Below, piece after piece: positions 16,801 through 24,433 of a DNA stretch of 24,568 bases. The stretch is from the IMG/VR virus record IMGVR_UViG_3300046028_005144, positions 1 to 24,568 of that record, one strand, 5' to 3'. Made by a program: the position numbers and the translations under genes. Origin of the DNA: a virus (Duplodnaviria > Caudoviricetes). Positions within the stretch are counted from its first letter, which is position 1. Every line of letters starts with the position of its first letter. The notes under the pieces were generated by a model. The model was not told the DNA's origin, did not search any database, and was given only the letters and a program-made list of their open reading frames with translations.

Positions 16801-19800
16801 TCTTGGCGGTGGTGGCGGTGGCCAGATTGGAGCTCGTAATGGAAAGGCTGGTGCTTCTGGTGGTGGAGGCGGTGCCAGCGGTACTGGTGGTGCACGACTT
16901 TCTAGTGATGAGACGACTATTCTGGCTAGTGGCTCTACCTTTCAAGGAAACGTTGGAGGAGGTACTAGCGGCGGAGGTTCTGGAGGCGGTGGTGGTGCTG
17001 GCGGTCCTGGAGGAAGCGGGACTAGCAATACTTTTGGAGCTGGTGGATTAGGTCTTGCTAGCTCAATTACAGGAACTTCAGTTATAAGATCTCGTGGTGG
17101 AAAAGGAAACTGGGGTGCTTCCCCAAAAGTAGAACAAAAACTTGCAAATACTGGAGATGGTGGTGATGGTGGAGTAAACAATGTTCTTGCTTCTAGCTGG
17201 GGTGGCTCTGGTGTTGTAATTCTTCGTTACCCAGACATAGTTTCACTTACTGTTGGCTCTGGTTTGACTGCCAAACCAACAAAAACTATCGGTAGAGAAA
17301 AGGTAACAGAAATAATTTCTGGCACGGGAAATGTTAGTTTTGCGTATACACCTGCACATTTAGCAATGCTTTCAACTGGTGGTCCTAAACTTGAGGTAGG
17401 TCCAGCAGGAGTGAGCAAATCTTTGTCAACCCAATCTTCTAGATCAAGTGTAATTAAAAATTATTTGTCATATTCTCATAACGAAGAAACATCTAATAAA
17501 AACAAACTTTCTTCAACATCAGAAACAGTTCAGGCATCAGCTCTTGTATTTAATGGTCCAGCATTTGCTTCCCAAGAGTCACCAATTGACTTTATATCTT
17601 ATGTAAATAAACCACTTAATAATTCCTTTAAGCATTTTGGAACAAGAATGAGAATTGTTGGAAAGATTGAAAACAACGAAAAATCTATTCAAACTCCAGC
17701 TGGAGCAACAACATACTTTAGTATTCCAACCACCACGCCAGATGAAAGTAAGACTATTTCTGGTGGTAGTGGAGGAATTGCAACATTGCTTAATCCAGAA
17801 AATAACAATGGATACTACTTTGAGATAGCTGCATTGTCAGAAAAAAACATAGACCTCTATAAAAAAGAAAACGCTAATGTTAAAAAGAATGTAACACGTT
17901 TTAATGCTACTAGTAGCAGTGTTGCTGTTGTTTACGTTAGTTCTGCTAGCAGCAGCTATCCAGTTGGATCTAAGGTAGAAATTTCTTCAGGAAAACCAGC
18001 CACGTCTAGCCCAGTAAATCTTCCAGCTTATGCTCTAGGAAACTGGACTGTAACTGCAGCTACGTCAACATCCATAACAATATCTGGATCTGGCTTTACC
18101 GTTGCAGACACTACTGGAATTAATGAGACTGAAAATATATCATTAACCCCAGCCTCATTTAGTGCCGACGGGGTATCAAACGTATTTTTCTATAAAATTC
18201 TAAAGAATGCCAGCTTTGACATCAAAGCCGAAGTTAATGTTTCTGGTGTTTCCACCCCGACAACCCTAACCTCCTCTACAAACTCTTCCTTGGTTTTGCC
18301 AAATTTGAGTCCTCCGCCTCCAATTAACTATACGGTTCAGGCTGGCCAAAGAGTTTGGCTAACTGGCCAAACCGATGCCTCCCAAAACGGATATTATAAG
18401 TTAACTAATGCTGGAAACAGTGCGTCACCAATAGTTGTGACTGGACCAAAGACATTTGTTTTACCACTACCGACACTTGATCCAATGCCCGACTATGATT
18501 CTGGTGGATATGTTAGTAGGGTTGCCCAAGCAGGAGAAGCTGTACTTGCGGTTGTATATGAAATTGATGAAATTACTAAAGATGAATCTACTATAACATA
18601 TACAACAAAAGATAATCACGGGCTAGCAACTGGAAATTTTGTATCTATTTCTGGAGTGAATCCGCCGATATACAACTCTGCACCCCCATCAAAGTGGGTT
18701 CTAACTAGAGACGAAGATGCAATTCCAATTAAGCTTTGGAGTGGACTATCTTCTATCATTGTTGATGATGGAAATTTTGCTGGTCAATCAAGAGTAATAG
18801 CAGAAGAGCTAACAACCGTTTATGATCTAGCCATTGAGTACGAAGATATAGGCTCAATTAGAAGATTCTATTTATACTTAAATGACACTCAAATTGCTGT
18901 AGTAGATGACCCAAAGCCACTTCCATTAAATAATGCAAACAACGTGGCACTGTTTACTCGTGGCTCATCGCATTGTATGTTTGAAAACGTTTATGCCTTA
19001 GCACACAACTATAGTCAAAACTCAGAAGTTTCTTTGGGGCCAATTGCAAATGAAGTCTTTACAAATAAAACAGACATATCTTCTAATGAGGCATTCAGAA
19101 AATATTCGATTAATGGTATTGTTCAACCAACTTTCCTTGCTGGGGTAGACCCATCCCAGCCTCCAAAATACAACATCTTCTACGAAGAGTTTGGCAGTAT
19201 TCTTAGAGAAGCCGCATACTTTAATATTAAGTATGATAAGGCTTATCCAGCTTTGTATTCTATGGTATCTCCAACATTTAATAAGCTTCGTGGATACACC
19301 GTATCTGGATTCTTTGGTGGAGCCTACGGAGCAGAATTCTTAATTTTTAATGCCACAGACACCTTTTTATTCTTTGATGAAACTGTTGGAAACTATTTGA
19401 GAATTCAGGGAATTACTTTTACTCAAGATTCTCGCTATGAACTAACCGTAGACAATTATTTTGAAAAAACTGCAAATTTTGCAAACCCACAAATAAAGGA
19501 AGACATGACAATTTTATCACCAAACACCCAAAAAGAAATGTATAAAGATATAAAGACTAGTAGAATAAGTTATGGTAGAAACCAGTTCTTCTTAGATTCT
19601 ATTTATATTCAAAGTGCTGATGCGGCTAACAACTTGATGGAGTGGCTAATCTCCAAGATAATGAAACCAAGAAGATCGGTTGGGGTTAGTGTTTTTGCAA
19701 ACCCAGCGATACAATTAGGAGATATAGTGTCTATAGATTATGCAGACAGTGCCGATGAGATATACTTTGAACCAGATAAAAGATTTGTTGTATATAGCAT

Positions 19801-19858
19801 AGACTATAGCAAAGATGCTTCTGGACCAAGCATGAGTTTATATTTGAGTGAGGTGTAA
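13889..19858 (+). CDS. Large tail-tip / baseplate hub protein with inserted Gly-rich, lectin-like and fibre-derived domains
   Basis: 1989 aa with TTG start after GAAGAGG. Hub-like motifs 'SIAEVLNDLAVATQTAMFFDEYNNFV' and C-terminal 'FANPAIQLGDIVSIDY...FVVYSIDYS'. Confidence 0.8.
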   Translation: MFDSKELNDHIQNSSTIKSRAAVIAEWNMNFFENIADIGNYRYRPLLGIAEKYGSLPNIYDSKDLGNFYTGATDADVLVDGGFEEDGQTPVLFKPKKEKEKLLFSLEDCFGKFRPRSGINKLRYEITGKYLHHSNVDMFNRPRYYMPDKTDNFKYWTSYRTEDGIEYGIANNTISGNHHIQDVAPYVVYKEEVPVNRLVVKMQTNVGDVNLGPFSGSAGSFADPFFGEQNKTTPVKWKIQYLKNNVWLDAISFDKNSVRSDGNPIVGTDGYLEIGYGLIVPERFKSNFISNGTLASTNILPKESENGQAYLVKQNTNDIGQYYIWENTGYLTFAPKYGWYVVDENVDQLTNFVTDTTSPKKHNTAQAGILDYEEFLFISGIRVVVETMNKFGSTFDLIELSPRLSVDLSEKTISYSVTKNASDLGVSGLPVGQLLASTGELRIFDYDQSFNPNNLWDSKSGTGSIVAKYINKNIQIKFYEIVSDVTITDEEGNTTKKSFYVPIKTLYSESFPQSNLKTRELQLSLRDLFFYFESQSAPQLLIPNVSLSYALATIFDSIGFSNYSFKRLDGESDPIIPYFFVSPDKSIAEVLNDLAVATQTAMFFDEYNNFVMMSRNYSLPTEEERATNIVLLGSKNDPDLPDKENILDIASRDTDVYNDGKISYIARYIQKSMGSLKQAYVADKNISWIYKPALLWEVAGTENLKPTNGQTATGNKYALAAIPLNSNLSSEIPKVVNNQLINNIIDFGDGILYIGRYNGYFYSSGEVIKYDAVEYNVSVLPSSVIDSTFTGGNVWISSPQEYEDYFSKLSFNGKIYPTGRVRIYAEPNYETFNGITRMSNGDVAKHGRGQFGTKVVEHIAGLDPHWTNNDNVYGCKMKSNYLFGNLSFEAVPGSQTIARPTVDYLLVGGGGGAGVAIGQDTYTGTGGGGGGGYVAVTDSLIDLNTNYSVTVGIGGVNNTNGGNTVFGTTTALGGGGGGQIGARNGKAGASGGGGGASGTGGARLSSDETTILASGSTFQGNVGGGTSGGGSGGGGGAGGPGGSGTSNTFGAGGLGLASSITGTSVIRSRGGKGNWGASPKVEQKLANTGDGGDGGVNNVLASSWGGSGVVILRYPDIVSLTVGSGLTAKPTKTIGREKVTEIISGTGNVSFAYTPAHLAMLSTGGPKLEVGPAGVSKSLSTQSSRSSVIKNYLSYSHNEETSNKNKLSSTSETVQASALVFNGPAFASQESPIDFISYVNKPLNNSFKHFGTRMRIVGKIENNEKSIQTPAGATTYFSIPTTTPDESKTISGGSGGIATLLNPENNNGYYFEIAALSEKNIDLYKKENANVKKNVTRFNATSSSVAVVYVSSASSSYPVGSKVEISSGKPATSSPVNLPAYALGNWTVTAATSTSITISGSGFTVADTTGINETENISLTPASFSADGVSNVFFYKILKNASFDIKAEVNVSGVSTPTTLTSSTNSSLVLPNLSPPPPINYTVQAGQRVWLTGQTDASQNGYYKLTNAGNSASPIVVTGPKTFVLPLPTLDPMPDYDSGGYVSRVAQAGEAVLAVVYEIDEITKDESTITYTTKDNHGLATGNFVSISGVNPPIYNSAPPSKWVLTRDEDAIPIKLWSGLSSIIVDDGNFAGQSRVIAEELTTVYDLAIEYEDIGSIRRFYLYLNDTQIAVVDDPKPLPLNNANNVALFTRGSSHCMFENVYALAHNYSQNSEVSLGPIANEVFTNKTDISSNEAFRKYSINGIVQPTFLAGVDPSQPPKYNIFYEEFGSILREAAYFNIKYDKAYPALYSMVSPTFNKLRGYTVSGFFGGAYGAEFLIFNATDTFLFFDETVGNYLRIQGITFTQDSRYELTVDNYFEKTANFANPQIKEDMTILSPNTQKEMYKDIKTSRISYGRNQFFLDSIYIQSADAANNLMEWLISKIMKPRRSVGVSVFANPAIQLGDIVSIDYADSADEIYFEPDKRFVVYSIDYSKDASGPSMSLYLSEV

Positions 19859-19860
19859 TT

Positions 19861-20787
19861 ATGGCAGTTAGTGGAAACTCTAGAATACAAAGATATACAC
19901 CACCTGTAAAAAAACCGCCAGTGGTAGCAGACAGACAACCACCGCAAAAAACTAAGGCTCAGGTAGAGCGTGAGGAAATGGCTGAGTATGAAAGAAAACA
20001 GTGGATTCTTAAAAATGGTCCAAGAAGTGCAGACGCCATGGATGCCTGGCTTAAGGCACCAGCTTTTAAACCAGCACCAGCAGCTCCTGCAGCCCCTGCC
20101 TCACCATCAAGGCCAACCGCCCCAGCAGTAGACCAGTCAGCCCTAGACAGAGCGGCACAGATTGAAAGAGACAGGCTAACCAGGCTCGAACAAGAAAGGC
20201 TGGCCCAGCTTGAAAGGGATAGGTTGGCTAAGCTAGAACAAGAAAGGCTAGCCAGGATCGAAAGAGAAAGGCTTGAGGCAATAGAACGAGCTAAGCAAGA
20301 GGCTATTGCTAGAATGCCAGTCCCACTTCCCAGTATAGCCACCGAGCCAGTAAAATACGCAACCCCAGATGTTGTTTTGATTGATCCAAACGATGTGCCA
20401 ATAGATTTAATTCTTAAATTAACTTTAGAAAAAATTGGCGGTCTAGAATTAATCAACCTTGTAAGACACGATACCGTTAATGGACAGAATATAGTCTATA
20501 GACCATTAAAAAATATTTCTCAGCTATCAATTGACTATAACCCACAAAATATGATAAAGCTGCCAGATTCTGCAGATTCATATTTTAAGAATTTTGCAAT
20601 TCGGCTAGAGAACCATATACAACAAGAAACCAATGAGCTTCCAGCACTAGTAACATACATAGATCCAATCACTGAAAATGTTATAATTGAAACAACTAAT
20701 ATAAAAGCTGATTATGAGGTAGAGGTTCAAATGGTCTCTTCTGGAAAGGTTTTTGATGATACAATATATACAGAGGATTATTCATGA
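19861..20787 (+). CDS. Minor tail protein with Pro/Ala linker and E/R-rich helical repeats
   Basis: 308 aa with SD GAGGTG at 19850-19855. Low-complexity N-terminal half and globular C-terminal half. Confidence 0.7.
   Translation: MAVSGNSRIQRYTPPVKKPPVVADRQPPQKTKAQVEREEMAEYERKQWILKNGPRSADAMDAWLKAPAFKPAPAAPAAPASPSRPTAPAVDQSALDRAAQIERDRLTRLEQERLAQLERDRLAKLEQERLARIERERLEAIERAKQEAIARMPVPLPSIATEPVKYATPDVVLIDPNDVPIDLILKLTLEKIGGLELINLVRHDTVNGQNIVYRPLKNISQLSIDYNPQNMIKLPDSADSYFKNFAIRLENHIQQETNELPALVTYIDPITENVIIETTNIKADYEVEVQMVSSGKVFDDTIYTEDYS
20161..20304 (+). repeat. Degenerate 6 x 24-bp coding repeat (8-aa unit L/I-E-R/Q-E/D-R-L-A-x)
   Basis: IERDRLTR LEQERLAQ LERDRLAK LEQERLAR IERERLEA IERAKQEA. 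Confidence 0.85.
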
Positions 20788-21971
20788 TTACAAACGTTGG
20801 CAAAAACCTATTGGCTAAATATCTTATTGGCCAATCCCCAGCCTATGCAACTCATATTGCTATTGGCTGTGGTCCAAGGCCCCAGGCAATAGACGACCCA
20901 CTAACAAGTATTGAATTTCAGGACATTTTAGATAAAAAAACCTTAGACTTTGAAATGTTTCGTGTTCCGATTAGCTCCAGAGGCTACGTGAATGAAAACA
21001 ATTCGTCGAAAATTGTTTTAACAGCAGAATTACCAACCGTTGAAAGGTATGAAATTACAGAGATAGGAGTCTACTCTGCTGCGTCAAACCCAACTGCGGG
21101 AGCATATGATAGCAAGACGGTATACTCATTTTCAACAACAGAAAACTGGGAACGCCACACACCAACTACCGTAACAGCAGTAGAAACAATTAATAGTCCT
21201 TTAGCTACAAGTATTGTTCCTGGAGAAGAAACAATAATTAATCAAACGTCTCCAATTTTTCAAACTAATGCAGATAACAAAACACTAATAGACATTAATA
21301 GGTTAAACAGATATGAGTCTTGTAGGTATTTAAATAATACAATTTTTATGGCTGGAAACACTTCAACTCTATCTATAGCTTCTGGCCAATCAAAAATGGC
21401 TGCTAGTTCTGGAAGCGAGCACATACATCTTTCTGGAGCAAGTATTGACTTTAATAAAAATTCAGATAACGATGAGCTAAAGCTTGCATTTTCTATTGTC
21501 AATAAAAGTGCAACCACAGCAGCAAACCTTGTTCATCCAACTAGAGTTAAAATACTTGTGGAGTTTGCAGACAATGACGCTGGAGATGCAACAAATTATG
21601 CCCAGTTTCAAGTAGACCTGACGAGCGGAGTGGGCGGATATAACTTTGCAACCAATAGATATATCGTTGTAACTAAAAAACTAGGGGAGTTAATTAAAAG
21701 CCCAGCCTTTACTTGGAACTCTGTTAACGTTGTAAAGGTGTGGGTTTCAGTTTTGGCAGCTGGAGGAACACCAAGCCCAGACTATTACGTAGCACTTGAC
21801 GCAATTAGGCTGGAAAATATTTCTTCAGTTAATCCCCTGTACGGTTTAACTGGATACTCTGTAGTAAAAACTGCAGATCTTTTACCTATCGTAAAGGTTT
21901 CTAATACTGCAAACCTAGTAGAGTTTCGATTTGCACTAGATGTAGATTTGGATACTGGAAATGTCAGTTAA
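20784..21971 (+). CDS. Minor tail / baseplate protein with tail-fibre-attachment-like N-terminus
   Basis: 395 aa. 'MITNVGKNLLAKYL...THIAIGCG...EITEIGVYS' resembles tail collar/fibre N-terminal anchoring domains. Confidence 0.6.
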   Translation: MITNVGKNLLAKYLIGQSPAYATHIAIGCGPRPQAIDDPLTSIEFQDILDKKTLDFEMFRVPISSRGYVNENNSSKIVLTAELPTVERYEITEIGVYSAASNPTAGAYDSKTVYSFSTTENWERHTPTTVTAVETINSPLATSIVPGEETIINQTSPIFQTNADNKTLIDINRLNRYESCRYLNNTIFMAGNTSTLSIASGQSKMAASSGSEHIHLSGASIDFNKNSDNDELKLAFSIVNKSATTAANLVHPTRVKILVEFADNDAGDATNYAQFQVDLTSGVGGYNFATNRYIVVTKKLGELIKSPAFTWNSVNVVKVWVSVLAAGGTPSPDYYVALDAIRLENISSVNPLYGLTGYSVVKTADLLPIVKVSNTANLVEFRFALDVDLDTGNVS

Positions 21972-22455
21972 AAAAGTAACTATTACAAAAAAAGAACTAC
22001 CTCCTCTAACACCAAATGGAGAATACCTGCTGAGGTATAGAATTATTTCTGAAGACAAAAACAGAACCTCTCACTGGTCTCCAATTTATACCCTAGATGC
22101 AAAAGCCGTCCCACTTAGAGACGGCACTCTTGATACTAAAAATCTTATTAGAGACGTAACATCTAGTGTTACAGTTACCCCAACAACCATTATTATAGAT
22201 TGGGAGACTACCAATGATGCATCGTTATACGACATTTTTATTAGTCTTGGGACTAGCGGAACTTGGGGCTCCTACTTTTATCATGGCTCATCTTCAACGC
22301 ACTCATACAGTTTTTTAAAACCAACTGGTGCTGGAATTACAGATATGAGAATAGCAATACAGCTAGCAGGAATAGAAAAAACTAAAAACGATACCCTTGA
22401 GATATCTACAGAAGAATTTGCAATAGAAGCAAGTCTTGATGGCGGTAGTGCATGA
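21961..22455 (+). CDS. Hypothetical virion protein (beta-rich, possibly FN3-like)
   Basis: 164 aa overlapping both neighbours. Contains 'YLLRYRIISEDKNRTSHWSP' and 'TIIIDWE...YDIFI' strands. Confidence 0.65.
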   Translation: MSVKKVTITKKELPPLTPNGEYLLRYRIISEDKNRTSHWSPIYTLDAKAVPLRDGTLDTKNLIRDVTSSVTVTPTTIIIDWETTNDASLYDIFISLGTSGTWGSYFYHGSSSTHSYSFLKPTGAGITDMRIAIQLAGIEKTKNDTLEISTEEFAIEASLDGGSA

Positions 22456-23183
22456 GTGTAAAATATCTAATACAATTTAGAAGAGACACTGCTGCTAACT
22501 GGACTTCAGTTAATCCGTCACTAGCGGTTGGGGAAATTGGATACGAAACCGATACTGGTAAATATAAAGTTGGCAGAGTCCTTGTTGGCACCACACCCGC
22601 AACCTGGACGGCACTGCCTTACTCTACTCTTTTGCCAACTGGTGGCACAGCTGGTCAAGTATTAGCCAAGTCGGGCACTACAGATTATGCTACTCAATGG
22701 ACTACCCCATCTGCTCCAGGGTTAGAGTTTATTAGCTCTACCACTATTGGAACTGCGGTACCAAGCGTTACAGTATCAAACATTTTTAACTCTACTTACG
22801 ATCATTATAGAATAATGATTAATGGGTCAACAATTTCAACCAATACCAATTTAAGGCTTCAGTTCAATAATTCAACCGCTTCTTATTACGGTGGTGGCAT
22901 ACAAACCCTATTTTCTACTGGTGGCGTTTCTTCGCTATGGGACAACAACGTGTCTAGGTTTAATAACATTGGTTATGGTTCAGAAATGTATGTAGATGTT
23001 TTTAATCCTTTTCTAGCTCGCTCTACTAAAGTGTCTTCAGCATTTTATACAAATGTTGCTGCTGGTAATTATACAGGCTACATACTTGACAGCAATTCAT
23101 CAACTGGATTTATTATTTCTCCAGCTTCTTCTTCAACACTAACTGGTGGAACAATAAGTGTCTACGGATACAGGAAGGTATAA
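22452..23183 (+). CDS. Tail fibre / receptor-binding protein with Mtd-N (hyaluronidase-N)-like domain
   Basis: 'IQFRRDTAANWTSVNPSLAVGEIGYETDTGKYKVG' is the recognisable Mtd-N-like motif. Then a 'GGTAGQVLAK' fibre linker and a beta-rich head ending 'GGTISVYGY'. Confidence 0.75.
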   Translation: MSVKYLIQFRRDTAANWTSVNPSLAVGEIGYETDTGKYKVGRVLVGTTPATWTALPYSTLLPTGGTAGQVLAKSGTTDYATQWTTPSAPGLEFISSTTIGTAVPSVTVSNIFNSTYDHYRIMINGSTISTNTNLRLQFNNSTASYYGGGIQTLFSTGGVSSLWDNNVSRFNNIGYGSEMYVDVFNPFLARSTKVSSAFYTNVAAGNYTGYILDSNSSTGFIISPASSSTLTGGTISVYGYRKV

Positions 23184-23410
23184 TGACTAAGCCAAACATT
23201 CAAATCGATAGTTTAGTTCGTGAAATGACGGACGAGGAATATACAGCTTACTTAGCCGACCTAGCGGAACAAGAAGTTCTAGAAATAGAGCGGGCAGAAA
23301 AAGCTGCATTACGTCAATCGGCACTTGCTAAATTGGCAGCCCTTGGCTTGACGGAAGAAGAAGTAGCATCAATATTGGGCTTTACCAATGATCCATTGCA
23401 AAATAGCTAG
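23183..23410 (+). CDS. Small fibre-associated protein (putative chaperone)
   Basis: 75 aa, TAATG-coupled to the fibre gene. 'VREMTDEEY...SALAKLAALGLTEEE' is a pattern I recall downstream of aquatic phage fibre genes. Confidence 0.6.
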   Translation: MTKPNIQIDSLVREMTDEEYTAYLADLAEQEVLEIERAEKAALRQSALAKLAALGLTEEEVASILGFTNDPLQNS

Positions 23411-23427
23411 ATAAGTGGTATAATTAA
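23396..23427 (+). promoter_or_regulatory. Promoter TTGCAA-N17-TATAAT with extended -10 (TGGTATAATTAA), probably leaderless
   Basis: TATAAT at 23419-23424 ends 5 nt before ATG 23430. No SD. Confidence 0.72.
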
Positions 23428-23429
23428 CT

Positions 23430-23873
23430 ATGGCCAGAATACCAACACCAGATAGAGGACAACCTCTAGACGTAAATTACGTATATCAAATAGTTGAAGC
23501 AATCAACGACTTGTCTTCTCAGATTTCTTCTGCAAAATATAAGTATGCATCCATAGATACCTCAGAAGGCCGTCAGAGCACACTTTTAACAGATACAAAG
23601 GTTGTTGCTGGAGAACACATTGTCTACCCAGCACTAACAAATGTTACGGCAGAAACAGATCAGGCTTTTTCATACTCCTTTAAAGGTGAGTACAAGTATC
23701 CACCAATCGTAACAGCCACCCCAGTTCTTATCGAAGGAACATCTTCTGGAAGAGATGTCTCTGTAGTTATTTCAAGCGTTACTAACTCAGCAGTAAATGG
23801 AATTGTTCGTTTTAACAGTGCGGGTCAACTTGCTGTAAAAGTTCATATTATTGCTGTGGGTATTCCAAACTAG
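23430..23873 (+). CDS. Putative virion protein with H-type-lectin/gp53-like C-terminal beta domain
   Basis: 147 aa with the pattern 'FSYSFKGEYKYPPIVTATP...VVISSVTNS...VHIIAVG'. Confidence 0.55.
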   Translation: MARIPTPDRGQPLDVNYVYQIVEAINDLSSQISSAKYKYASIDTSEGRQSTLLTDTKVVAGEHIVYPALTNVTAETDQAFSYSFKGEYKYPPIVTATPVLIEGTSSGRDVSVVISSVTNSAVNGIVRFNSAGQLAVKVHIIAVGIPN

Positions 23874-23875
23874 TA

Positions 23876-24418
23876 ATGACTAAAAGACATGGCCAGGTAG
23901 ATATGGCAGAGTATAATGCTCTTCCAGTTATACCAGGAAACAAAAAAGTGTGGTTTTTAAACGGAGAGCTAGTTAGAGTTCACCACCTAAACAAGTCTAA
24001 TGGGATTATGTCTGTTTATAACATTGTAAAAGATAGAATTGAAAGCTGCCTAATATCGGATTTTAAAAAGAATAGGCAAAGAGCATACACCGTTGGCCAA
24101 ACAGCAGAGCTGGTTAATCGTCATAAAAAATATATGCCAAGCTTAATGAAGCGTGGAATTATCCCTCATCCTACTGGATCTCAAAAGGGTGGGGAAACTG
24201 GGTGGCAGGTCAGATCTTACTACGCAGAATCACAAGTAAAAGAGATTCGTGATATACTGGCTACCTACCACATGGGTAGACCAAGAAATGATAAGCTAAT
24301 TACTAATGACATAACCCCTAGTCGACAGGAGTTGACAAGGCGTATGGGAGATGGTATACTGACTTATACGAAGACAGAAGACGGAAGATTCATTCCTATT
24401 TGGTCTGAGTCCATTTAA
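23876..24418 (+). CDS. MerR-like helix-turn-helix DNA-binding protein
   Basis: 180 aa. 'YTVGQTAELVNRHKKYMPSLMKRGIIPHP...RSYYAESQVKEIRDIL' fits the MerR/excisionase winged-HTH pattern. Confidence 0.72.
   Translation: MTKRHGQVDMAEYNALPVIPGNKKVWFLNGELVRVHHLNKSNGIMSVYNIVKDRIESCLISDFKKNRQRAYTVGQTAELVNRHKKYMPSLMKRGIIPHPTGSQKGGETGWQVRSYYAESQVKEIRDILATYHMGRPRNDKLITNDITPSRQELTRRMGDGILTYTKTEDGRFIPIWSESI
24332..24360 (+). promoter_or_regulatory. Near-consensus housekeeping-sigma promoter inside the HTH gene
   Basis: TTGACA (24332-24337), 17-nt spacer, TATACT (24355-24360), with TG at the extended -10 position. Confidence 0.7.
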
Positions 24419-24433
24419 TAGAAAGATATGGGT

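Noticed and set aside
22452-23183. Diversity-generating retroelement targeting the Mtd-N fibre
   Set aside because: No reverse transcriptase and no template/variable repeat pair seen in the window. The head does not look like a C-type lectin.
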